NCBI GenBank assembly: GCA_900316965.1
Contig: ONEY01000004.1
Location: 76,171 to 140,170, forward strand
DNA from: an uncultured Bacteroidales bacterium
GTDB taxonomy: Bacteria; Bacteroidota; Bacteroidia; Bacteroidales; P3
Length of the DNA stretch: 64,000 nucleotides
Reading direction: 5' to 3'
Below, one piece after another: positions 47,053 to 60,696 of the stretch. The number at the start of each line of letters is the position of its first letter. Position 1 is the stretch's first letter. The notes under the pieces are model-generated. The model worked only from the letters and a program-made list of their open reading frames with translations. It did not search any database and was not told where the DNA came from. The translations under genes and the position numbers were made by a program.

Positions 47053-48582
47053 ATGGGTGTAATAGCACGACAAAGTATACGAGGGGCGCTGGCAAACTAC
47101 CTAGGAGTGGCGATAGGATTTTTCACCACTTTCTTCGTGCTTACCGACTGTTTGAGCCAAGAAGAGATAGGATTGACACGCGTCATGGTAGACGCCGCAA
47201 TGCTTTTCAGCGGCCTGGCACAGCTGGGCACCAACGCTTCAATAATAAAGTTTTTCCCTTTCTTCAAGTCGGAAGACGGCAAAAACCACGGCATATTTGG
47301 TTGGTCAATACTCATACCCTTTATTGGATTCTGCATCTTCGCTCTATGTTTCTTCATATTCAAGGCCGACATTATTGATCTTTATTCGCAGAAATCGCCA
47401 CTTATGGCCAACTATTGTTACCTGCTGCTGCCATTGACATTCTTTGCCCTTTACTTAGCTGTGTTTGAGACAAACGCCAGCGTTCTGTTACGTATCACCG
47501 TACCCAAACTGGTTAGAGAAGTCGGCATACGAATTTTCAATCTTGTGTGCTATATCCTATATGGCAAAGAGATCATATCGCTTGACACTTTTGTGATACT
47601 CTTCTGCATGTCGTATGGCATAGCTATGCTTATCAACTTTTTCTACCTGCTGTCGTTAGGGAAGATATCATTCCGCATTGACTGGAAATTTATTACGCGG
47701 GAGAGGATGAAGGAAATAGTGCTGTATACGCTTTTTATGACGGCGACGGTGCTGGCGGGGAACATACCGCTGATAAACACGCTATTTTTGGGAGCGCAGA
47801 CAGGGTTGGCGCTAACCGGAGTATATACCATAGCATTTTATATAGCCAACATTGTGGAAGTGCCCTACAGATCGCTTGGGGCCATATCGAGGCCTATGAT
47901 ATCGCAAGCTGTGAGGGAGGGCAACTGGAGCGAAGTGAACCGGTTGGGGAAACAAGTGTCGCTGCACCAATTTCTAGTGAGCACGCTGATTTTGCTGCTG
48001 ATATGGGTGAACTTGGAAGCGTTGTTTGACGTCATACCACACGGAGAGGAGTATGTGGGCGGCATGAGAGTAGTGTTGTTTTTGGGATTGGCGAAGATAG
48101 TGAACTCGTCGCTGAGCATAGGGACAGATATTCTGAATTTTTCGAAATACTATCCGCTGTCGCTGTTTTTCATTGTGGTGCTGACGATGTCGGCAATTGT
48201 TTTCAACCGTTGGCTGATACCACTGTGGGGAATAGACGGATCGGCATGCGCAACGTTGTTTTCATACCTGCTATATTTCGCATGTCTGCTTGTCTTTCTG
48301 AAGAAGAAGCTGGATGTAGGACTTTTCTGCCGAAAGCAGTTGTTTGTGGCACTCTTTATCCTTGCGCTCTTTGGCTTAGGAGAGTTGTGGGATGTGACTG
48401 TGCTGAGTGTGATGAGGGGTATAGTAGGAAACCCAATAGTGGCAACGCTGCTGAACGCCCTGCTGAAGACAGTGGTCTTGCTGGGGATAATACTAGTGGT
48501 TTTGAAAAGGGCACATATCTCGAAGGATATTGACGCGATATTGGAGAAGGTGAAGTTAGGGCCTGCGGCACGAAAACGATAA
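47053..48582 (+). CDS. Polysaccharide biosynthesis/flippase-like (MOP superfamily) membrane protein
   Basis: 509 aa with at least 12 hydrophobic segments. Assigned from overall architecture only. Confidence 0.6.
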   Translation: MGVIARQSIRGALANYLGVAIGFFTTFFVLTDCLSQEEIGLTRVMVDAAMLFSGLAQLGTNASIIKFFPFFKSEDGKNHGIFGWSILIPFIGFCIFALCFFIFKADIIDLYSQKSPLMANYCYLLLPLTFFALYLAVFETNASVLLRITVPKLVREVGIRIFNLVCYILYGKEIISLDTFVILFCMSYGIAMLINFFYLLSLGKISFRIDWKFITRERMKEIVLYTLFMTATVLAGNIPLINTLFLGAQTGLALTGVYTIAFYIANIVEVPYRSLGAISRPMISQAVREGNWSEVNRLGKQVSLHQFLVSTLILLLIWVNLEALFDVIPHGEEYVGGMRVVLFLGLAKIVNSSLSIGTDILNFSKYYPLSLFFIVVLTMSAIVFNRWLIPLWGIDGSACATLFSYLLYFACLLVFLKKKLDVGLFCRKQLFVALFILALFGLGELWDVTVLSVMRGIVGNPIVATLLNALLKTVVLLGIILVVLKRAHISKDIDAILEKVKLGPAARKR

Positions 48583-48680
48583 CAAAAACGGGCCTACGGC
48601 AACGTTAACCTTGACATTAACGTTTTGGAATACAAATAGTGCGAAGGAGCACGAATGGGGTCGCTTGCGGGCGCTAGCAA
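48555..48680 (+). repeat. Dispersed intergenic repeat, locus C
   Basis: gggcctgcggcacg and gggcctacggcaacgttaaccttgacattaacg...cgaatggggtcgcttgcgggcgctagc. The first copy lies inside the 3' end of the flippase CDS. Confidence 0.65.
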
Positions 48681-48790
48681 CACATACTCACCTCTACTCT
48701 ACCCTATTCATCTCGACGCGCTACTTCGTTACAGAGACTGGGGGCGAGAGGAGAATGCCGGAGGCTTGATGAAGTTCTGGCAGGGATGTA

Positions 48791-49546
48791 TTAGCCTTTG
48801 ATTTGGACGGCGAAGCCTTCGTCGATGAGAGGTGCGAGGAGAGTTCGAATCTCGTCGGCAGGGATTTTCTGCAAGCCTTGGGCGGGAGTTGGGCGGTCGA
48901 TGGTGTAGGCCATAAGCTCACGAGGATGGAGCAGACGCACGATGTCGAGCATGGGCAAAAGGACTTCGGGAGCGGAGGAATCGAAGTCGGAACTGCGCAG
49001 AAGACACCATTGGAGGATGAAGTCGCCCTTGAATTGCTTTAGAGCCTCGATGACACGGGCAATGTCGTAGCCTGGTGCGGGATTGTTGATTTTGGCGACA
49101 AGGTCGTTGGTTGGGGCGTCGATTTTCATTATGGGGTTGTCGACGCGACGCAAGGCTTGGAAGATGTCGGGGATGTGGACGCGAGTGGCATTGCTGAGGA
49201 CAGAGACTTTGGCAGATGGGGCATACTGGTCGCGAAGGGCGAGGGTGTCGTCGATGATTTTGGGGAACTCGGGGTTGATGGTTGGCTCGCCGTCGCCGCT
49301 GAAGGTGATGGAGTCGACTTTGACCTGTTGCCGCTCGAGGCGTTGCAACATAGCTTGGAGGTCGGAAAAGACCTTGGATGCGGAGGGGAGGACGGTGTCG
49401 TTGCGTCCGTCGCGGTTCCAACCGCATTCGCAATAGATACAATCGAAATTGCATAGTTTGCCTTTTTCGGGCAGGAGGTTGATGCCCAAAGATGTTCCGA
49501 GGCGGCGACTATGGATGGGTCCGAAGACTGTTTCTTCTCTTAGCAT
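48791..49546 (-). CDS. Radical SAM protein
   Basis: CNFDCIYCECGW (CxxxCxxC) near the N-terminus. Start taken at MLREETV (49546). Confidence 0.8.
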   Translation of the reverse strand: MLREETVFGPIHSRRLGTSLGINLLPEKGKLCNFDCIYCECGWNRDGRNDTVLPSASKVFSDLQAMLQRLERQQVKVDSITFSGDGEPTINPEFPKIIDDTLALRDQYAPSAKVSVLSNATRVHIPDIFQALRRVDNPIMKIDAPTNDLVAKINNPAPGYDIARVIEALKQFKGDFILQWCLLRSSDFDSSAPEVLLPMLDIVRLLHPRELMAYTIDRPTPAQGLQKIPADEIRTLLAPLIDEGFAVQIKG

Positions 49547-49723
49547 GGTTATAGGACAAGTGGTTAAGAGGTTGATGGTTGAGGGAAGTAATTTTTGCAA
49601 AAATACACATTTTTTTTGACATTCGATGTTATTGAGTAACTTTGCAGCGCCTTGTGGAAGAGTTGTGGAGCGATAGGGATGTGATTAACAATGCTCCACC
49701 CGTTACAGAAGGTACATAAAGGA

Positions 49724-50635
49724 ATGCAAAAATATCGAAGTTACATACTACCCATAGCTATTGTTCTTGGATTGATACTGCACAAGTATTGTGCCATGTT
49801 CAGTTTCATGGTGCCCTACATTATCTTCACCATACTGCTGCTGACATTCTCGGCTGTGGACATAAAGCGGCTAAGGATGGGGTGGCTTGACGTATGGCTT
49901 ATGCTGTTCCAAATCGTGGTAAGTTTGGGATCGTTTGTGGTATTGAAATGGTGCGGAGCCAGCGATGTGGTGGCCGAGGGGGTGCTGATAGGAGTGCTGT
50001 GTCCGGTGGCGTCGTCGGTGGCGGTGATAAGCTGTATGCTTGGCGCCAACCGAGAGACAGTGACGGCATACACAATAATAGGCAATTTGATGGTGGCTGT
50101 TGTGGCGCCGATATATTTCTCGTTTATCGGGAATCAGCAAGAAATGCCATTCCTAGAGTCGTTTTGGATGATACTGAAACGCATAGGGACCGTCATAGGG
50201 CTACCCTTCTTTATAGCATGGGCATTGGAGGCATGGATGCCGAAGGCGAGCGAGTGGCTGAGGAGATACAAAGGATTGTCGTTTTACCTGTGGTCTCTTG
50301 CGCTGCTCTTCACACTGGGGCAGACGATAGATTTCATATTCCTTCACGGAGAGGGCAACTGGGGGAGCATAGTGTGGCTGGGAGTGGCGTCGCTGCTGTT
50401 TTGCGTTGTGCAGTTTGGTTTCGGACGCTGGCTGGGAGGACGCTATGGCGACAAGATCAGCGGGGGGCAGCTGTTGGGGCAGAAGAACACCGCAATGGGT
50501 ATATGGATGGCCAACTACTACCTGACGCCGCTGGCGTCGGTTTTCATGGCATTTTACTCGGTGTTTCAGAATGTATGGAACAGCTGGCAGATGTGGGAAG
50601 TAGGCAAAAAACAAAGAGATAGAAACCCTAAATAA
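49724..50635 (+). CDS. Membrane transporter (bile acid:Na+ symporter-like fold)
   Basis: About 9-10 hydrophobic segments. The family assignment is tentative and the start is uncertain (49691 or 49724). Confidence 0.5.
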   Translation: MQKYRSYILPIAIVLGLILHKYCAMFSFMVPYIIFTILLLTFSAVDIKRLRMGWLDVWLMLFQIVVSLGSFVVLKWCGASDVVAEGVLIGVLCPVASSVAVISCMLGANRETVTAYTIIGNLMVAVVAPIYFSFIGNQQEMPFLESFWMILKRIGTVIGLPFFIAWALEAWMPKASEWLRRYKGLSFYLWSLALLFTLGQTIDFIFLHGEGNWGSIVWLGVASLLFCVVQFGFGRWLGGRYGDKISGGQLLGQKNTAMGIWMANYYLTPLASVFMAFYSVFQNVWNSWQMWEVGKKQRDRNPK

Positions 50636-50641
50636 CAACCA

Positions 50642-51271
50642 ATGAAAACACACATTATTATGACCGCGGCAATGGCATTAGTTATGTTATGCGCCTGCAC
50701 GAGCAACAATGAAAACAAAGAAGAGACATCGGACGCCGTCACTTTTGACGAGGTGCTGAAAAGTCGTCGCAGCGTACGCAGTTACGACGCAACGAAAACC
50801 ATCAGCGAAGCCGAAGTGCGCAACCTGCTCATTGCCACACAAGAAGCGCCATCGTGGGCTAACCAGCAGCCCTCGAAATACTATGTAGCCATGAGTGCCG
50901 AAAAAATAGAGGCCATCCAGAACCTTGTGGGCGAGCGCAACAAGCAGAACATAGCCGGAGCCCCAGTGCTGATAGTGTCGACCTACGAGAAAGGCAAGTC
51001 GGGATTTTTCCAAGGCCAGCAGACCAACGAGATAGGTGACGGATGGGGAGCCTATGACAATGGTCTCAGCAATGCCTATTTCATTCTGGCAGCCCGTGCC
51101 AAAGGATACGACACATTGATTATGGGTATGCGCGATAGCGACGAGCTCCGCAAACTATGCAACATACCCGAGAACGAAGTCGTAATGGCAGTGATTTCGC
51201 TCGGCTACAGAGCCGACGAGCCCAAACAGCCCACCCATCGTCCGCTGAACGAAGTGGTACAATTCATATAA
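50642..51271 (+). CDS. Nitroreductase family protein with an N-terminal lipoprotein signal
   Basis: Nitroreductase core LKSRRSVRSYD...EAPSWANQQP, preceded by MKTHIIMTAAMALVMLCAC. Confidence 0.75.
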   Translation: MKTHIIMTAAMALVMLCACTSNNENKEETSDAVTFDEVLKSRRSVRSYDATKTISEAEVRNLLIATQEAPSWANQQPSKYYVAMSAEKIEAIQNLVGERNKQNIAGAPVLIVSTYEKGKSGFFQGQQTNEIGDGWGAYDNGLSNAYFILAARAKGYDTLIMGMRDSDELRKLCNIPENEVVMAVISLGYRADEPKQPTHRPLNEVVQFI

Positions 51272-51312
51272 AAAATAAAGAAAAAAACTATTGGACCTAT
51301 CCATCGCTACTG

Positions 51313-55835
<4,523 letters not shown>

Positions 55836-55980
55836 CGATAGTTGGAGCCATTGAAGCGACACAAGGAGAGCCTGTAGATTAGCCTTGGCAGAGAAGTCGG
55901 AGACAGACGACAGTTGAGACAGAAGAGATCTTTTTGCTAAAAAAAATGGATTAGAAAGGGCGAATTATTAATTTTTTTAA

Positions 55981-55988
55981 TATCTTTG
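55981..55988 (+). promoter_or_regulatory. -7 box TATCTTTG upstream of the fused oxidoreductase gene
   Basis: TAnnTTTG match about 60 nt upstream of the ATG at 56048. Confidence 0.35.
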
Positions 55989-56047
55989 CCATTATCTTTC
56001 GCAGCAGGCAATATAATATATTTTATTAATCCATAATACAATACACC

Positions 56048-59000
56048 ATGTACAGAATCGAAAGCCATCCTATTCTCGACATTCCGCAAAGCGAAGTCGT
56101 TGAATTTCTTTTCAATGGTCAGAAGGTTCAGGGTCGTCGAGGCTACACCATAGCCGCCGCCCTACATCAAGCAGGATTTCCAGTGCACAGCCACAGCGTT
56201 GACGGCAAGCCACGCAGTTTGGAATGCGGCATAGGCAAATGTGGAGCATGTGAAATGCTCGTTGACGGCCGCATACGCCGCATATGCATAACCCCTGTTG
56301 ACAACGTTCACGAAGTTCGCGAGCTCAGCAAGGATTATCTGCCAGAGGTGACGCCTGTAAAAGACAAAGAGGTGAAGATATACAAGACCAAAGTCGCCAT
56401 TATCGGTGCCGGTCCCGCAGGGTTGGCGTGCCGCGAGCAGCTCAACGCCCTAGGTATAGACAACATAGTGGTGGACAATAACACACGCATAGGTGGACAG
56501 TTTAACATGCAAACCCACCAGTTCTTCTTTTTTGAGCGAGAGAAAAAATTTGGCGGAATGCGAGGCTTCGATATTGCTAAGACCCTTGCAGGAGACTCGA
56601 CAGAGGGCATACTGCTGAACAGCACCGTGTGGGACCTCCTTGAAGGCCGCCGCATAGCCATAAAGAACACCGCCACCGACGAAGTAGCCTACATAGACGC
56701 CGACCATCTGGTTGTTGCCACCGGAGCGGTACCCTTCATGCCCACCTTTGAGAACGACGATGTGCCAGGAGTTTATACAGCCGCTGTGTTCCAAAAGATG
56801 ATGAACCAAGAGCACACCCTATTGGGCAAGAATGTGCTGACCGTAGGCGCCGGAAACATAGGATACCTCACCTCGTACCAAGGTATGCAGGCAGGAGCCA
56901 ATATTAGAGCCATAATAGAGGCCATGCCACGCGAAGGCGGGTTCCCTGTACAAGCCAACAGAGTGAGACGATTGGGAATACCCATTATGACGGGATACAC
57001 CCTTGTGCGCGCTGTTGCCAATGCTGACAGAACCGCAATAACAGGAGCGGTGATAGCAAAATGCGAGAATTTCAAACCCATAGCAGGCACCGAGCAACTG
57101 ATAGAGGGCATAGACATCATCAACATCTGCACCGGACTTGTCCCCGACAACCAGCTGTTGGTGAAAGGACGTGATGTTTTTGGTATAAACACATACGCCG
57201 CAGGCGACGCAGTGCGCATAGGAGAAGGCACCAGCGCAGTGTTGCGTGGTCGTCAAGCCGCATACGAAGTGGCGCAAAATATGGGCATACGATATAACTA
57301 TGACGACTACCTTGACATATCACGTCAATACATAGACTCACAGCAACACCCAATAAAGTTGTTAGAGAAGCCCAACCTACCCTCGGCAGAGCGGCAAAAG
57401 ATGAAACCCTTTGTGCAGATGGACTGCCTGTATGGCTTTGCCTGCAATCCGTGCTCGTTCTCATGCCCGCAGGGAGCCATAAGCAAGCCCACAACATCGA
57501 GCACGCCGACAGTAGACTACGACAAGTGTATAGGCTGTATGGAGTGCGTATACCAATGCCCCGGTCTGGCCATATTCGGTTACAATATTGACAAACAATG
57601 GTGCTTCCTGCCAATAGAATATGCTGCGACAGAAGGGACTGAAGTATTCCTTGTCGACAACAATGGCAGCAAGATTGGAGAGGGTGTGATAGAGAAAATA
57701 CTCGTCAAACCCAACAAGACCAATGTGGCTCGCGTCAAGGTGGCGACCGTAGAAGGCTCCATGACTGACATAAAAGGATTTATAGCCAAAGAACGTTATC
57801 CCAAGCCATTGGAGAACAAACATTTAAACAAAGCAGGCGAAGAAACTTACACATACGTATGTCACTGCGAGGATGTAAAATTGGAAGATTTGCTAGCAGT
57901 GATAGGAGAGCGCAAATACATATCGGTTGACGAGCTTAAGCACATCACCAGGATGGGTATGGGTCCTTGTCGCGGCAAGAGATGCATACCGAGGGCAAAG
58001 CAGATATTGCGTGCCCACGGAATTGAAGTTGTTGGCGACGCCACCCCGAGAGCGCCCCTTTCGGCGCCAGTAACGATGGGCGATGTTTTTACCGAGAAGA
58101 GCAAAGAAGTCTTTGTGTTTCCGAAGAGCAACAATGTGAGCCGCGAAGAGGTGAGAGTGCTTATTGCCGGAGGAGGCATAGCAGGCAGCGGACTATTCCG
58201 CTACTTTTCGGAGGCAGGCATGAAACCAGTCCTTATCAACTGGAGCCGTGGTGCCTCGTGGCGCAACATCGGCGGAGGCCGTCCGGCATTCTCCAATCCC
58301 GATATCGCCGACATAGCCACACACAGCCATGAGATATTCAAATCGATACAGAAGGTACACAACATAAACTACAAGCCGACAAGGTATGTGAACCTTGTTC
58401 ATGACGACGCCACATACCGTGCACTTGACGCCTCACGCGCATGGAGTGACGCATACATGGTGGACCGCAAAGACTTCAAGAAAGAGATTTCGCCACTATG
58501 GGACGACAGCAAGACAACATATTCGCATGCTTTGATAACTCGCGACTGCTGGCAAGCCACTCCGGGGCGTGTGATAGACTACATACGCGGCATAGGCATT
58601 TCGCTTGGAGGACGAGTGTATGAAGACTGCGAGTTGCTCAGCGTGGCACATCATGGGGACAAATTCCTAGCGTTGGTGCGCAACCATGAAGGCAAATACA
58701 TAGAATACCTAGCAGACCATTTTGTCAACTCGATGGGATGGGGGGCAGAGCGATTCACCGACATGCTTGGTATTGACACAGGTCTGTTCCCCGTCAAGCA
58801 CCAAGCCTTCATCACCCGCCGGTTACCATTGATGGGTGTGAAAGGCGACTCGCTGGATATGATTATTGACCGTAGACATTACAAAGGCTTCAGCGCCGTA
58901 TATGGCCAACAGTTCCTGCACACCGGCCAGATTATAGGATGCGCCTCGCCCGACACAGACGCCTACGAGACACGCCAGAACATAAAATACAACAGCAAAG

Positions 59001-59275
59001 AGTTTTTGGAGATAGTGTCGGAAGTTTTTGCCGAATGGATTCCCAACCTTCGTGAAGTTGGGTTCCATGCCGTATGGGCAGGCAGATACACCGAGCCTCG
59101 CTACATTGTAGACCCTTCGGTGGGTTTGCTGACAGGACTTCGCGGACACGGATTCATGCTTGGACAATATCTTGCCAAACTCTATGTTGACAAGTATCTG
59201 GGCCGTCCAGTGCCATCGTATATGGACGATTTGGCATTGACTGGCAATGGGTTGTCGGAAAACGCATTCAAGTAG
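56048..59275 (+). CDS. Multidomain Fe-S flavoprotein: 2Fe-2S + NAD(P)/FAD oxidoreductase + 2x[4Fe-4S] + BFD-like [2Fe-2S] + DAO-type FAD oxidoreductase
   Basis: ECGIGKCGACEM (2Fe-2S); VAIIGAGPAG and VGAGNIGY Rossmann motifs; CNPCSFSCP and CIGCMECVYQCP; CHCEDV...GPCRGKRC (BFD-like); VLIAGGGIAGSG (third dinucleotide fold). Confidence 0.7.
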   Translation: MYRIESHPILDIPQSEVVEFLFNGQKVQGRRGYTIAAALHQAGFPVHSHSVDGKPRSLECGIGKCGACEMLVDGRIRRICITPVDNVHEVRELSKDYLPEVTPVKDKEVKIYKTKVAIIGAGPAGLACREQLNALGIDNIVVDNNTRIGGQFNMQTHQFFFFEREKKFGGMRGFDIAKTLAGDSTEGILLNSTVWDLLEGRRIAIKNTATDEVAYIDADHLVVATGAVPFMPTFENDDVPGVYTAAVFQKMMNQEHTLLGKNVLTVGAGNIGYLTSYQGMQAGANIRAIIEAMPREGGFPVQANRVRRLGIPIMTGYTLVRAVANADRTAITGAVIAKCENFKPIAGTEQLIEGIDIINICTGLVPDNQLLVKGRDVFGINTYAAGDAVRIGEGTSAVLRGRQAAYEVAQNMGIRYNYDDYLDISRQYIDSQQHPIKLLEKPNLPSAERQKMKPFVQMDCLYGFACNPCSFSCPQGAISKPTTSSTPTVDYDKCIGCMECVYQCPGLAIFGYNIDKQWCFLPIEYAATEGTEVFLVDNNGSKIGEGVIEKILVKPNKTNVARVKVATVEGSMTDIKGFIAKERYPKPLENKHLNKAGEETYTYVCHCEDVKLEDLLAVIGERKYISVDELKHITRMGMGPCRGKRCIPRAKQILRAHGIEVVGDATPRAPLSAPVTMGDVFTEKSKEVFVFPKSNNVSREEVRVLIAGGGIAGSGLFRYFSEAGMKPVLINWSRGASWRNIGGGRPAFSNPDIADIATHSHEIFKSIQKVHNINYKPTRYVNLVHDDATYRALDASRAWSDAYMVDRKDFKKEISPLWDDSKTTYSHALITRDCWQATPGRVIDYIRGIGISLGGRVYEDCELLSVAHHGDKFLALVRNHEGKYIEYLADHFVNSMGWGAERFTDMLGIDTGLFPVKHQAFITRRLPLMGVKGDSLDMIIDRRHYKGFSAVYGQQFLHTGQIIGCASPDTDAYETRQNIKYNSKEFLEIVSEVFAEWIPNLREVGFHAVWAGRYTEPRYIVDPSVGLLTGLRGHGFMLGQYLAKLYVDKYLGRPVPSYMDDLALTGNGLSENAFK

Positions 59276-59287
59276 ACCTTTGTCTGA

Positions 59288-59381
59288 TATTTATAAAATA
59301 TGTGCAGACCTGTTTGCCGAAGATCGATCTGAGTTCCAAACCTGACGCCAAAAACGTCACAGGTCTGCACAATTATAAATA
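59288..59381. repeat. Long imperfect inverted repeat (8 + 13 bp stems, about 45-nt loop)
   Basis: tatttata...tgtgcagacctgt (59301-59313) pairs with acaggtctgcaca (59359-59371)...tataaata. The loop contains the palindrome agatcgatct and the mini-hairpin gacg-ccaaaaa-cgtc. Confidence 0.7.
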
Positions 59382-59489
59382 CTCTTTATCGTTAATAGAT
59401 TATTAGACCCGACGGATCATTGTGTCGAGTCGGCAACAATCAGCCCAAACGCATATTAATAACACATATCATACTTTAAAAATCACTAA

Positions 59490-60503
59490 ATGAAAAAAAT
59501 CAACATTCTTTTGTGCAGCGCTATTTTGTCGCTTGTATTTTTTGTGTCGTGTGGATCAAAATCGAGCTACACCATTACCGGTACTGTGCCATCGTCGGTG
59601 ACATCAGAATACATTTATCTCTATTCGGGGGAATCTATGGAACCCGTACTGCTTGACTCGGCACAAATCAAGAATCACGCTTTCAAATTCAAAGGCAAAG
59701 TGGATTCTATAACGCTTGTTATGCTTCACCCTGGTTCTATGAATGAAAATCCGACAGTGGTTTGGGACATTATCCTTGAACCCGGCAAGATTGTCATTGA
59801 CTCGGCAAGTCGTTTCGTATCGGGGACTCCGATGAACGACGATTTCAAAGTATGGGTAGACTCCATCAACTCGTACACACAAGAGATGGATGCCCCAATC
59901 AGAGTGTCGCAATACTTTACCAATCACTGGAATGAGCATTCCTCAGACTTTTTTGGAGCTCTCATGCTCACTGTTTTCAACAGCATTCTGCCATTCCCAC
60001 AGATTGACACACTGTCGAACAGCATTCCCGAGGAGATTCGTTCTCGTCAAATTTTCAAGCCTCTGTTCCAATCTATCGAAATTATGCGTAAATCAAGAGT
60101 AGGAAGTCCCTTCATAGACACACAAATGGTGAGCATTGATGGCAAACCCGCCAAACTTTCGGACTATATTGGCAAAGGCGAATATGTGCTTGTTGACTTC
60201 TGGGCATCGTGGTGCAAACCATGCCGCCAAGGCATGCCAATACTGCAAGAGATTGCGAAGAGCAACCCCAATTTGAAAGTTATAGGCATTGCCGTGAGCG
60301 ACAAAGAAGAAGATGCTGTCTCGGCCATAAAAGAGATGAAAATAACATGGCCTGTACTGCTCGACCAGCCCGCCGCATCGGCTCAAGCGTATGGACTTTC
60401 AGCAATTCCCGCCATGATACTATTCTCACCCGATGGAACAATATTGCAACGCGACTTCAGAGTGGAAGACCTTGCCTCTATTCTTGAGAATAGCATGAAA
60501 TAG
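59490..60503 (+). CDS. TlpA/ResA-like thiol:disulfide oxidoreductase lipoprotein
   Basis: Lipoprotein signal (LVFFVSC) and a C-terminal thioredoxin fold with WASWCKPC. Confidence 0.8.
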   Translation: MKKINILLCSAILSLVFFVSCGSKSSYTITGTVPSSVTSEYIYLYSGESMEPVLLDSAQIKNHAFKFKGKVDSITLVMLHPGSMNENPTVVWDIILEPGKIVIDSASRFVSGTPMNDDFKVWVDSINSYTQEMDAPIRVSQYFTNHWNEHSSDFFGALMLTVFNSILPFPQIDTLSNSIPEEIRSRQIFKPLFQSIEIMRKSRVGSPFIDTQMVSIDGKPAKLSDYIGKGEYVLVDFWASWCKPCRQGMPILQEIAKSNPNLKVIGIAVSDKEEDAVSAIKEMKITWPVLLDQPAASAQAYGLSAIPAMILFSPDGTILQRDFRVEDLASILENSMK

Positions 60504-60696
60504 TTATTAGTGCAAGAAGAACTATGGGCACGCGAAAAAAGAGCATTTCATCCCCAAACAGATATTCATAATGCACCTTTTTCAACGTTGCGGAATGAGG
60601 GACTTCACGCCATCAACAATAGTTATTTACTGAGGAGCAACCATATAATGCATTTTAAACCATTATACATTTAAAGTCTTTTAACACAAAATCATT

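Noticed and set aside
48841-48860. tRNA T-loop-like gagttcgaatctcg.
   Set aside because: The flanking bases cannot form a T-stem or acceptor stem, and the site lies inside the radical SAM CDS. No tRNA-like cloverleaf is seen anywhere in the window.
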